NCBI GenBank assembly: GCA_015075275.1
Contig: JABTUU010000001.1
Coordinates: 1,031,216-1,095,215 of the forward strand
Source: Anaerolineales bacterium
Lineage (GTDB): Bacteria > Chloroflexota > Anaerolineae > Anaerolineales > Villigracilaceae
DNA: 64,000 nucleotides
Direction: 5' to 3'
Under the pieces are notes generated by a model. It made no database searches. It was given only the letters and a program-made list of their open reading frames with translations, and had not been told where the DNA came from. Positions 50,287-59,612 of this stretch are shown here, one piece after another. Made by a program: the position numbers and the translations under genes. How positions within the stretch are numbered: position 1 is the first letter of the stretch; every line of letters starts with the position of its first letter.

Positions 50287-51231
50287 CTACGTTTCCAACG
50301 CCGCGAAATCATCCAGCGTACCCAGCGGAAACCGGGCAGCGGACGCGTCAATTCGCTTGACCAGCCCCAGCAACACCTCGCCGCTCCCCGCCTCAACGTA
50401 CGCTTTGACGCCCATTGCGCGCATCGTTTCTATAGATTCGGTCCAGCGCACGCGCGATTGCATCTGCGCTTTGAGGTCGGCGCGCAATTCCTCCGCCGTC
50501 GTCAGCGCATTCGCATGAACATTGCCAATCAGGGGAATTTTCGGCGCGCCTATCGCACAGGCGTCCACCGCCGCATTCCATTCCGCTTGAATCGAATCCA
50601 TCAGCGGCGAATGCGCCGCAATACTGACTGCAAGCGCCATCGCCCGTCTCGCGCCAGCGGCTTGAGCGCCCGCCAGCGCACGCTCAAGCGCAGACCTATG
50701 CCCCGAGATCACTACCTGCCCTGGGCAATTATCGTTCGCCACTTGCACGAGTTCGCCCTCCGCGCTCGCTTCCGCGCAGACCCTCTCCAACGTCGGAATA
50801 TCCACACCGAGGATCGCCGCCATGCCGCCAGGATTTAATTCGCCGGCGCGCTTCATCAGCTCGCCGCGCATGCGGACAAGCATGAGTCCATCGGAAAACG
50901 ACAGCGCGCCCGCCGCCGTCAACGCGGATAATTCACCGAGCGAATGTCCCGCAAATGCGGCTGACTCAAAGTTTGGGTACAGGCGCTTAAACGTCTTCCA
51001 TGCCGCCATAGAATGGATATACAACGCCGGCTGCGTATTAACGGTTTCGTTGAGTTGAGAATCAGGTCCCTCCCACATCATATGCGAGAAAGGAAAACCA
51101 AGGACCGCATCCGCCTCGTCAAAAAGCGCTTTCGCATGGGCATCATTCGCGGCAAGGTCCCTCCCCATGCCAACTTTTTGCGATCCTTGGCCGGGAAAGA
51201 GAAACGCTGTAGGTTGTGAAGTAAGTTTCAT
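50287..51231 (-). CDS. fabD: Malonyl-CoA:ACP transacylase
   Basis: FPGQGSQ, TQPAL, GHSLGE and AAHSPLM motifs. Confidence 0.95.
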   Translation of the reverse strand: MKLTSQPTAFLFPGQGSQKVGMGRDLAANDAHAKALFDEADAVLGFPFSHMMWEGPDSQLNETVNTQPALYIHSMAAWKTFKRLYPNFESAAFAGHSLGELSALTAAGALSFSDGLMLVRMRGELMKRAGELNPGGMAAILGVDIPTLERVCAEASAEGELVQVANDNCPGQVVISGHRSALERALAGAQAAGARRAMALAVSIAAHSPLMDSIQAEWNAAVDACAIGAPKIPLIGNVHANALTTAEELRADLKAQMQSRVRWTESIETMRAMGVKAYVEAGSGEVLLGLVKRIDASAARFPLGTLDDFAALET

Positions 51232-51296
51232 AATCGTTTAAAACACAAACGGGTCGTGTTCGTCACGACCCGTTTCAGGCGAGAAAAACCCCGCCC

Positions 51297-51497
51297 TTAT
51301 TTCGATTTCTTCTTATCTTTTTTGATCGCAATAACTTCGCGACCTTCGTAGAAGCCGCAGTTCGGGCAGACCGTATGCGGAAGGCGCATAGAACCGCAGT
51401 TCGAACAGGCGATCAGATTGCGAGGTTGCAAGGCATCGTGGGCGCGGCGGCTGTCTCGCCGGCTTCTCGAGTGCTTGCGTTTTGGATGTGGGGGCAT
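51297..51497 (-). CDS. rpmF: 50S ribosomal protein L32
   Basis: PKRKHS..CSNCG..PHTVCPNCGFY motif. Confidence 0.95.
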   Translation of the reverse strand: MPPHPKRKHSRSRRDSRRAHDALQPRNLIACSNCGSMRLPHTVCPNCGFYEGREVIAIKKDKKKSK

Positions 51498-51643
51498 TAT
51501 CTTTCTCCTTATAAATAGCGCTGGCAGGGGTTATCGCCCCGCAAATTTTTGCTTGAAGCGGGTGGATTATAGCGGCAGGACACTAGAACGTCAAGGAGGA
51601 GGTTGAGGATGTTAGCGCGTCTCTCATAGTGTAAAATCAGGGC

Positions 51644-52348
51644 ATGGAACTACAAATTGCGGTAGCAAAGGTTAATAAGTATGCCGTGTCTGAAAGCGGC
51701 GACACGCTCGAAGTCGTCGAACGCCCAAACGGCGGACTCTCGGTCGTCCTCGCCGACGGGCAAACTTCGGGGCGCGGCGCGAAAGCCGTTTCGCAGATGG
51801 TCGTCCGCAAAGTGATCGGGTTGCTCGCCGAAGGCGTCCGCGATGGAGCCGCGGCGCGCGCCGCTTCTGACGCGCTCTACACCGACAAACACGGCAAAGT
51901 CATTTGCACGCTAAACATCGTCTCCCTCGATCTGCAAAGCCGTACGATCGTTCTCACGCGCAATAATCCATCTCCGCTATATATTTGTCAGGGCGAACAA
52001 ATTGACAAGTTGGATATAGAAAGCGTGCCGCTGGGCGTCTCGCGCGATGTGCGTCCGCTCATCACCGAACTTCCAATTCAGCCCGAGTTGATCGTCGTCA
52101 TCTATACTGACGGATTGGTGCACGCCGGCGAACGACGCGGGACGCCGGTGAACGTCGGCGAAATCCTCCGCGCCACGCTCGAAGATCAAGCGCCGAGTCC
52201 GCAAACGCTGGCAGATACGCTTCTCGCGCAAGCCGTCAGACTCGACGACAATCGCCCGGCGGACGACGTCAGCGTGGTCGTCTTAAAGGTCGCGCCTAAC
52301 GAAGGCGACGCCGTCCGTCGTATGACCGTCAGTCTGCCCGTCCCTTAA
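51644..52348 (+). CDS. Stand-alone PP2C/SpoIIE-type serine phosphatase
   Basis: LADG, YTDGL and DDVSVVV motifs; taaaat 6 nt before the ATG suggests a leaderless mRNA. Confidence 0.85.
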   Translation: MELQIAVAKVNKYAVSESGDTLEVVERPNGGLSVVLADGQTSGRGAKAVSQMVVRKVIGLLAEGVRDGAAARAASDALYTDKHGKVICTLNIVSLDLQSRTIVLTRNNPSPLYICQGEQIDKLDIESVPLGVSRDVRPLITELPIQPELIVVIYTDGLVHAGERRGTPVNVGEILRATLEDQAPSPQTLADTLLAQAVRLDDNRPADDVSVVVLKVAPNEGDAVRRMTVSLPVP

Positions 52349-52362
52349 CAGGCGACAAGATA

Positions 52363-52737
52363 ATGGAACATCCGTATACAAAGAAATGGATCGGTATCGT
52401 CGGCCCATGCGGATCGGGAAAGTCAACCTTAATGGAAAAGCTGGAAGCGCTTGGCTATCGCTGCCGGCATATCGCGCAAGAACATTCATTCGCGCCAACG
52501 ATGTGGCGCGTCATCGCCAACCCTGATGCGCTCATCTATCTCAACGCATCTTTCCACAGCATCGTCGCCCGCAAGAAATTCAACTGGCAGACGGCGGATT
52601 ACGAAGAACAGTTGCGCCGTCTGGCGCACGCGCGCGAACAGGCGGACTTGATCATCGAAACAGACTCATTGACTCCCAACGAAATTCTCCAAATTGCGCT
52701 CAACTTCATCTCTACACTCGACCGTAAAAAAGTTTAA
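52363..52737 (+). CDS. Small P-loop nucleotide-kinase-like protein
   Basis: GPCGSGKST Walker A; ADLIIETDSL C-terminus. Confidence 0.7.
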   Translation: MEHPYTKKWIGIVGPCGSGKSTLMEKLEALGYRCRHIAQEHSFAPTMWRVIANPDALIYLNASFHSIVARKKFNWQTADYEEQLRRLAHAREQADLIIETDSLTPNEILQIALNFISTLDRKKV

Positions 52738-52800
52738 AATCAGAGTATAATCATCGCCGCGTGGCGCCACAGCGCCACATTTTTTTGGATGGAGATGGAT

Positions 52801-54174
52801 ATGTATCGAAACAAAACTCTTTGGCTCTCGATTATCGCCGCGCTTGTTATATTCGCCCTTTGGGTGGACTTAAGTAAAACCTTATACGTTCCCAGTCCCT
52901 TCAGCGACAAGCCGCTTGTAAATCGCAATGTGGAAGTCAAGCTCGGGCTTGACCTGCGCGGCGGGCTGCAAACCCTGCTTGAGGCTGACGTTCCCGCCGA
53001 CCGCGTAGTTAAGGCGGAAGACATGACCAACGCTAAGAATATTTTGGAAAACCGTGCAAACGGACTAGGAGTCAGCGAAGTGGTTATGCAAGTAGCTGGC
53101 GATCGCCGCATTGTGGCGGAATTCCCCGGCGCGACCAACTCCGACGAGGTCGTCGCCTCGCTCAAGAAAACCGCCTCGCTCGAATTCGTAGACATGGGAA
53201 ATACGCCGGTCCCTGAGGGCACGATCATCCAGACCGACTTCGGAGCAAGCGAGTCAACCAGCGTATCTCCCGACTCAGAGACGCCTCCCGACGCCAACGC
53301 TATCATTTATCATACCGTCATGACCGGCGCCGATTTAGACTCGGCTACGGTAGGACAAGACAACTCTGGGCAATATGCCATCAACTTCACGCTGACCCAA
53401 AAAGGTTCGACCATTTTCGGCGACTATACTTCGAAGAACGTCGGTAAGTATCTCGCCATCACGCTCGATAAGCAAGTTATCTCAGCGCCTGTGATCAACC
53501 AACCCATTCTCGGCGGACAAGGCAGCATCTCCGGCAGTTTTACGCTTGAGTCGGCAAACGCGCTGGCGGTTCAATTGCGCTCAGGCGCGTTGCCTATTCC
53601 GATCAAGATCGTCGAAAGCCGCACAGTAGGACCAACACTCGGCGAAGAATCGGTTCGCAAAAGCGTGCAAGCGGGCGTCCTCGGATTAATCGTCGTCATC
53701 TTGTTCATGACGCTATACTACCGCATGCCGGGCGCGCTCGCGGCATTAGCGCTGATCGTCTATTCGTTGCTCTCGCTGATGTTGTTCAAGCTAATTCCTG
53801 TTGTGTTAACGCTGCCCGGTATCGCAGGTTTTATCTTAAGCATCGGCATGGCGGTTGACGCAAACGTGTTGATCTTTGAACGGCTCAAAGAAGAACTGCG
53901 CGCCGGCAAGAACCTGCGTCAATCTATTGATATCGCCTGGAGTCGCGCTTGGCCCTCCATTCGCGACTCAAACAGTTCCACGCTGATCACTTGTTTGATC
54001 CTCTTCATTTTCGGAAACACATTCGGAGCCAGCATGGTGAAAGGTTTCTCCGTCACCCTTGCGCTCGGCGTGCTCGTCTCATTATTTACGGCAATCCTCG
54101 TCACCCGAACCTTCTTGCACACCGCGCTCGATAATTTGAAATTCAGCGAACACCCCAGTTGGTTTGGGCTATAG
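52801..54174 (+). CDS. secD: Protein translocase subunit SecD
   Basis: LGLDLRGG, LRSGALP, VGPTLG and GMAVDANVLIFER motifs. Confidence 0.95.
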   Translation: MYRNKTLWLSIIAALVIFALWVDLSKTLYVPSPFSDKPLVNRNVEVKLGLDLRGGLQTLLEADVPADRVVKAEDMTNAKNILENRANGLGVSEVVMQVAGDRRIVAEFPGATNSDEVVASLKKTASLEFVDMGNTPVPEGTIIQTDFGASESTSVSPDSETPPDANAIIYHTVMTGADLDSATVGQDNSGQYAINFTLTQKGSTIFGDYTSKNVGKYLAITLDKQVISAPVINQPILGGQGSISGSFTLESANALAVQLRSGALPIPIKIVESRTVGPTLGEESVRKSVQAGVLGLIVVILFMTLYYRMPGALAALALIVYSLLSLMLFKLIPVVLTLPGIAGFILSIGMAVDANVLIFERLKEELRAGKNLRQSIDIAWSRAWPSIRDSNSSTLITCLILFIFGNTFGASMVKGFSVTLALGVLVSLFTAILVTRTFLHTALDNLKFSEHPSWFGL

Positions 54175-54183
54175 GAATCTGAC

Positions 54184-55131
54184 ATGAACATCATCAAAAA
54201 CCGCTACATTTTCTTCCTCATCTCTTTGATCGTGATCATCCCGGGGCTCGTTTTCCTAGGTCTCAACTGGAAGCAAGACCCAGTCGAAGGTCCGATTCGT
54301 CTCGGCATTGACTTCCGCGGCGGCTCTCTATTGGAAATCGAATTCAACGGCGCGCGCCCCAACGCAAGCGAAATTACGGCGATCTACAACGAAGTCTCTA
54401 CCGAAGCAGAGTCGGTTAAAGATCCGATCATCCAGCCGCTTGGAGACAACGCTTATGCAATCCGTTCGCGCGCCATGAATGACGAGACTAAAAGCGTTAT
54501 CATTTCTAAAGTTGAAGCGTTCGCGGGTCCTGTGACAGTGTTAAACTTCACGTCGGTCAGCGCCTCTGTCGGCGCCGAAGTGACTCGCGCCGCCGGCGTC
54601 GCCATCTTCATGGCGGCTGCCGCTATTTTGCTATACATTTGGTGGGCGTTCCGCGGCGTAGAGCATCCCATGCGTTACGGCGCGGCGGCTGTTCTTGCCA
54701 TGCTTCACGATGTGCTTGTGGTGCTCGGCGTGGAAGCCATGTTCGGCTACTTCCTCGGTTGGGAGGCGGACGCTCTCTTTCTGACCGCTATGTTGACCAT
54801 TATCGGCTTTTCGGTGCACGACACCATCGTAGTGTTCGACCGCGTCCGAGAAAATTCGCGCGTATACCGCCGGCTGGACTATGAAACGCTGGTCAATCAC
54901 TCTATTGTTCAAACGCTCGACCGCTCGCTCGTCACGCAGCTGACGGTCATCTTTACGTTGGTAGCGCTCGTTCTCTTCGGCGGCGATACGATCCGCCACT
55001 TTGTAATCATCCTGCTCATCGGTATCTTCAGCGGCACATACTCCTCCATTTTCAACGCCGCGCCTTTCCTCGTCGTTTGGGAAAACCGCGAATGGGAAAA
55101 TTGGTTCAAACGCAAAAAGGCTGCCGCCTAA
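54184..55131 (+). CDS. secF: Protein translocase subunit SecF
   Basis: GIDFRGG, HDTIVVFDRVREN and GTYSSIF motifs. Confidence 0.95.
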   Translation: MNIIKNRYIFFLISLIVIIPGLVFLGLNWKQDPVEGPIRLGIDFRGGSLLEIEFNGARPNASEITAIYNEVSTEAESVKDPIIQPLGDNAYAIRSRAMNDETKSVIISKVEAFAGPVTVLNFTSVSASVGAEVTRAAGVAIFMAAAAILLYIWWAFRGVEHPMRYGAAAVLAMLHDVLVVLGVEAMFGYFLGWEADALFLTAMLTIIGFSVHDTIVVFDRVRENSRVYRRLDYETLVNHSIVQTLDRSLVTQLTVIFTLVALVLFGGDTIRHFVIILLIGIFSGTYSSIFNAAPFLVVWENREWENWFKRKKAAA

Positions 55132-55133
55132 CT

Positions 55134-55178
55134 CGGCAATAAAAAAAGGACGCTTGCAAGCGTCCTTTTTTATTGCCG
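55134..55178. terminator. Bidirectional terminator
   Basis: cggcaataaaaaaaggacgctt / aagcgtccttttttattgccg. Confidence 0.88.
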
Positions 55179-55198
55179 TTACCACGCTGACAACCGGT

Positions 55199-56458
55199 CT
55201 ATCCGCCTACTTCGATCGCCAGCGCGTCGAAGTAAGTTCCAGCGCCGAAACCGTCAATTAGAACGTGGTCGAGCGGCTTAAGATTCGGCAATTCGCGCAA
55301 AAACGCGATCATATTTGAAGCCGCGCTCACATTGCCAAATTCTGTCAACAGCCACGGCATCGGTATGACAATGCCGTCATTTTGCAAATGCTTCGCCTTA
55401 AGCCTATTGATCTTATAATTCGCATGATGGACGATCGCCACAGTGAACGACTTCCCCGTCGTACCTAATTCCTTCAATTTTATCTGATAAGCCTCATACA
55501 CATCGCGCACTACCTGCACGCCCGTTCGCACAAACAGCTTGACCATCCCCATCGGCCCTGCCATCGCTATAGATGACCCATCCTGCGGCTCGTGCATTAA
55601 ACCCGCTATGCGAATATTATTGGCGCGCGGCTGCGTTACCTCGACATTCGTCTCTTTATTATAGTGCGAATGAGGATAATACATTTGAATTTGCAAAACA
55701 CCGTCAACATCGAATTCTTCGCGCGATTTTCCCGCCAAGAATTTCACCGTTTTACCCGGAATAACTCCGATAACTCCAGCCGCATTGCCGAATAACTGGA
55801 GCGCGCTTGCATCGTGCGAAGAGCCTACAAAGCGGCTTAAACCTTCAATTCCACCCACGAGGACTTTCTTTCCATACAGTGTTTCGGCGATATTGATATC
55901 TAGTTGACGATTCTCAGGCATTGCAGGATTTAACGCCAAATGCAGGCTGCTGGTCGAGCCGTCGCAGGCTTTATGAGTGGCTACCTTAAGCGCGCTATCA
56001 GGAATCCCCGCCGCTTTCGAGATTTGGTCAAGGTAACGATCTGAAAGGGGCGCGCTCATACCAATCAACACGCCCTCGACTTCAGATGGATGCCAACCGC
56101 AAGATTGCGCGGCTTCCACTAAAAGCCGAGCGCCCACTTCGGTCTCAAGACGAGCGTGTTCTTCAGGGGTCAAGTCCACGGGAATATGATGGCGGCTGAG
56201 GAATCCTAGATCGGCAAGATTTAATTTCTGATCCGCTGAAAGCGGTCGCTCAAGCCGGGCTTCGACGAACGAGCTCAATTCGTCATTATTGAAGCTTCTT
56301 CCCCACGCCCCATATACGCCGCCGATCCCCAAATTTGGATTGCTAATTCTCTCAAAACCAAATGGAATTCCCGCTCCTACTTGAATAGTTTCTTTTTTAA
56401 CGCCTACGCGCTCAAAAAAAGACGTGGCGGTTGTCTGGTTAATTTTATTGTTCGACAT
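55199..56458 (-). CDS. Divergent FabH/KAS III-like (thiolase-fold) condensing enzyme
   Basis: Cys in KACDG, His in HHAN, Asn in FGNVSAAS and GFGAG motif; aggag RBS before MSNNK. Confidence 0.75.
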   Translation of the reverse strand: MSNNKINQTTATSFFERVGVKKETIQVGAGIPFGFERISNPNLGIGGVYGAWGRSFNNDELSSFVEARLERPLSADQKLNLADLGFLSRHHIPVDLTPEEHARLETEVGARLLVEAAQSCGWHPSEVEGVLIGMSAPLSDRYLDQISKAAGIPDSALKVATHKACDGSTSSLHLALNPAMPENRQLDINIAETLYGKKVLVGGIEGLSRFVGSSHDASALQLFGNAAGVIGVIPGKTVKFLAGKSREEFDVDGVLQIQMYYPHSHYNKETNVEVTQPRANNIRIAGLMHEPQDGSSIAMAGPMGMVKLFVRTGVQVVRDVYEAYQIKLKELGTTGKSFTVAIVHHANYKINRLKAKHLQNDGIVIPMPWLLTEFGNVSAASNMIAFLRELPNLKPLDHVLIDGFGAGTYFDALAIEVGG

Positions 56459-56523
56459 AATTATTCTCCTTATATTTAGGGTATAAACCCTCGCCATGCG
56501 CGGAAGTTTCCGAAGCAAACGAA

Positions 56524-56547
56524 AAGACCCTCGCTCGAAAGGGTCTT
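56524..56547 (-). terminator. Terminator after tRNA-Gln
   Basis: aagaccct / agggtctt stem with a U-run on the minus strand. Confidence 0.65.
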
Positions 56548-56551
56548 TGTG

Positions 56552-56622
56552 CTGGGGGCAAAGGATTCGAACCTCTACTAGCTGATCCAGAGTCAGCTGT
56601 CCTGCCATTAGACGAGCCCCCA
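56552..56622 (-). tRNA. tRNA-Gln (CTG)
   Basis: Acceptor TGGGGGC/GCCCCCA; anticodon arm GCTGA-CT CTG GA-TCAGC; GGTTCGAATCC T-arm; CCA not encoded. Confidence 0.95.
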
Positions 56623-56749
56623 CTAAATTTCCAACGGGCGGTATTGTAGCATGGCAGAAGCGTTCGGGCAAGCCTTTTGCGCGTTTAGCGAAATCGCACT
56701 CGCTCATTTGTTATAATGGCGGCATCTAAAGTTCACGCCTGAGGATCGC

Positions 56750-58417
56750 ATGCTTACAGAAAATAAACCCAATGATTTCATCCGCGAAGCCGTCGCCGAA
56801 GATTTGAAAAACGGACGCTTCGACTATGTTCGCACCCGCCTGCCGCCCGAGCCAAACGGTTATTTACATATCGGGCATGTCAAAGCGTTCATGATAGATT
56901 ACCTCGTAGCGAAAGAAAACAACGGTGAGTTGTTTTTACGCTTCGACGACACCAACCCAACCAAAGAAGAAGTCGAATTTGTAGAAGCTATCAAAGACGA
57001 CGCCCGCTGGCTCGGCATCGTTTGGGTTAAAGAAACGTACGCATCAGATTATTTCGGTCTACTGTACGACTGGGCAAAGCGGCTCGTCTCGATGGGCAAA
57101 GCCTATGTAGACGACCAGACTCCGGAAGAGGTGAGCAAGAATCGCGGCACGCTAACCGAGCCGGGGAGAAACTCTCCGTTTCGCGAACGCAGCGTAGAAG
57201 AAAATCTAGAGTTGCTTGAACGCATGAAAAACGGCGAATTCCCAGACGGCTCGCGCATCCTACGCGCCAAGATCGATATGGCGCACTCGAATATCAATAT
57301 GCGCGATCCCGCTATGTATCGTATCTTGCATACGCCGCATCATCGCACCGGCGACGCGTGGAAGATCTACCCTCTTTACGATTGGTCGCATGGGCAGAAT
57401 GACTCGATGGAAGGCATAACTCATTCGTTGTGCTCGCTCGAATACGAAGATCATCGTCCGCTATATGAATGGTTTCTGGAACAGCTCGATGTATTCAAGC
57501 CGCGTCAGATCGAATTTGCACGACTCAACATGAACTACACTGTGATGAGCAAACGCAAACTCCGCCGACTGGTGGAAGAAAACCACGTCAACGGTTGGGA
57601 CGACCCGCGCATGCCCACGTTGCGCGCTATGCGGCGGCGCGGGTACACCGCCGAAGCAATCCTCGATTTCATTCGCCGCGTAGGCATAGCGAAGAATTAT
57701 AGCGTCACCGACGTTGCCTTACTCGAAGCGTGCGTGCGCGAAGACCTCAACAAAACATCGTTGCGGCGGATGGCGGTAATTCGCCCGCTGAAAGTGGTAA
57801 TTGATAACTATCCCGACGATTTGGTCGAGGAGATGGATGCAATTAATAATCCCGAAGATGCGGACGCGGGCGCGCGTAAAGTTCCATTTTCAAAAGTTAT
57901 TTATATTGAGCAAGACGACTTCCGCGAGACTCCGCCGCCAAAATATCACCGTTTATATCCAGGTAACGAAGTGCGGTTGCGCTACGCTTATTTCGTCAAA
58001 TGCACGCATATCGTAAAGGACGATGCGGGCAACATAGTTGAAGTCCACGTAGAATACGACCCGTCCACGCGCGGCGGCGACGCGCCCAATGGGCGCAAGG
58101 TGAAATCCACTATCCACTGGGTATCAGCCGCCCACGCGGTAGAAGCGGAAATTCGTATGTACGACCGCCTATTCTCAAAAGAGAACCCCGAAGAAGGCGA
58201 GGAGGGTTTCCTCAACTGTCTAAACGCAGGTTCGCTGGAAATTCTCACGGGGCGCGTCGAGCCGTCGCTCACAACATCGAAGACCGGCGCGCGCTATCAA
58301 TTCGAGCGACTCGGTTATTTCTGCGTAGATAAGGACTCAACCGCCGAAAAACCCGTGTTTAATTTAACGGTCAACCTCAAAGATGCGTGGACAAAAGCCG
58401 AAAAAAGGCTGAAATAG
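56750..58417 (+). CDS. glnS: Glutamine--tRNA ligase
   Basis: [34 protein letters not shown] and QFERLGYF motifs. Confidence 0.95.
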   Translation: MLTENKPNDFIREAVAEDLKNGRFDYVRTRLPPEPNGYLHIGHVKAFMIDYLVAKENNGELFLRFDDTNPTKEEVEFVEAIKDDARWLGIVWVKETYASDYFGLLYDWAKRLVSMGKAYVDDQTPEEVSKNRGTLTEPGRNSPFRERSVEENLELLERMKNGEFPDGSRILRAKIDMAHSNINMRDPAMYRILHTPHHRTGDAWKIYPLYDWSHGQNDSMEGITHSLCSLEYEDHRPLYEWFLEQLDVFKPRQIEFARLNMNYTVMSKRKLRRLVEENHVNGWDDPRMPTLRAMRRRGYTAEAILDFIRRVGIAKNYSVTDVALLEACVREDLNKTSLRRMAVIRPLKVVIDNYPDDLVEEMDAINNPEDADAGARKVPFSKVIYIEQDDFRETPPPKYHRLYPGNEVRLRYAYFVKCTHIVKDDAGNIVEVHVEYDPSTRGGDAPNGRKVKSTIHWVSAAHAVEAEIRMYDRLFSKENPEEGEEGFLNCLNAGSLEILTGRVEPSLTTSKTGARYQFERLGYFCVDKDSTAEKPVFNLTVNLKDAWTKAEKRLK

Positions 58418-58912
58418 ATGAAGTCCCGACTCTTAAACGCGATCATTTGTATAACCGTTCTTGCGGCTTGCGCGCCGCAAGAACAAGCCGCGCCGACCGT
58501 AGATATTGCCGGTACAATGGCGGTTGAGATCGCTCAGATCATGCAAACACAGACAGCAGAAGCGCCAACGGCAACGCCTCCGCCGCCTACAGAGACCTTC
58601 ACGCCAGCGTTCACCAATACCCCGTCCGAGCCGCCGACCGAAACGCCAAAGCCGCAACCGCCCGTTGTCGTCAAGTTTGCCGGTTGCTATAAAGGTCCCG
58701 GCGAAAATTACGGGTTGATCAGCAACATTGATCCGAGTATCCGTAAATCGGGCAAACAACTCGTAAATATACTCGGCGTAGGCAGCGAACCTGGTTGGAT
58801 CGTTATTGAAAATCCGTATTTTCATAATCCTTGCTGGATACGCATCGAAAACATGGAAATCGGGCATCAAATAGATCTGTCAAAATACAAGATCTTAACG
58901 CCTCCGCCATAA
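58418..58912 (+). CDS. Lipoprotein with T/P linker and SH3-like C-terminal domain
   Basis: Lipobox LAAC; AGCYKGPG..Y..I pattern; ..CWI. Confidence 0.7.
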   Translation: MKSRLLNAIICITVLAACAPQEQAAPTVDIAGTMAVEIAQIMQTQTAEAPTATPPPPTETFTPAFTNTPSEPPTETPKPQPPVVVKFAGCYKGPGENYGLISNIDPSIRKSGKQLVNILGVGSEPGWIVIENPYFHNPCWIRIENMEIGHQIDLSKYKILTPPP

Positions 58913-58922
58913 TGAGATAAAA

Positions 58923-59543
58923 ATGAGCGCAACGCCCTCTACGAGATTTCAAGACTTGCTTCTCGAGTTTTCGCAAACCGAAAATATCGCTAAGCGCAAA
59001 ATGCTCGAGCAAAAACTGTGGGGCGAATACGGCAGGAAATTTGCGGTGTTTGTGCTGGATATGTCTGGTTTCTCATTGCTCACACGCAAATACGGGATCG
59101 TGCATTATCTTTCGCTGGTGCAGCGAATGCAGTTGATAACGCATCCCATCATCAAGTCGCTCGGCGGGATAATTATTAAATACGAAGCGGATAATTGCAT
59201 TGCGGTCTTCCCAGACTCGCTGGCGGCGGTCAACGCAGCGGAAGCCATTCATCGCGCGTTCGCAGCGTCAAACATATTAACGCCCGACGATCTTGATATT
59301 CATATCTCTTGCGGAATCGACTATGGAGAAATTCTCATCGTTGGAAACAACGATTGCTTCGGCGACCCCGTTAATCGCGCCTTCAAATTAGGAGAAGATA
59401 TCGCCGGCCCGGAAGAGACGTTGATCACCAAAGAAGCGTTCGATTTATTGCCCGCCGATGCAAACGTCAAAGGGTCTGAATTAAAAGTTTCAATTTCAGG
59501 GATTGAAATCTCCGCGTTTGCGGTAGAACGCACAAGGAAATAA
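58923..59543 (+). CDS. Stand-alone class III adenylate/guanylate cyclase
   Basis: VLDMSGFS, KYEADN, GIDYG and FGDPVN.A.KL motifs. Confidence 0.88.
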   Translation: MSATPSTRFQDLLLEFSQTENIAKRKMLEQKLWGEYGRKFAVFVLDMSGFSLLTRKYGIVHYLSLVQRMQLITHPIIKSLGGIIIKYEADNCIAVFPDSLAAVNAAEAIHRAFAASNILTPDDLDIHISCGIDYGEILIVGNNDCFGDPVNRAFKLGEDIAGPEETLITKEAFDLLPADANVKGSELKVSISGIEISAFAVERTRK

Positions 59544-59612
59544 TCAGCGTTTTTCAAGTGTATAAGAACAGAAGTAAAACGTAAGCGTACAACTAATCTT
59601 CATTGAGAAAAC

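Noticed and set aside
56459-56707. N-terminal extension of the FabH-like ORF to 502 aa
   Set aside because: It runs through tRNA-Gln and its terminator; a strong RBS supports the start at 56458.
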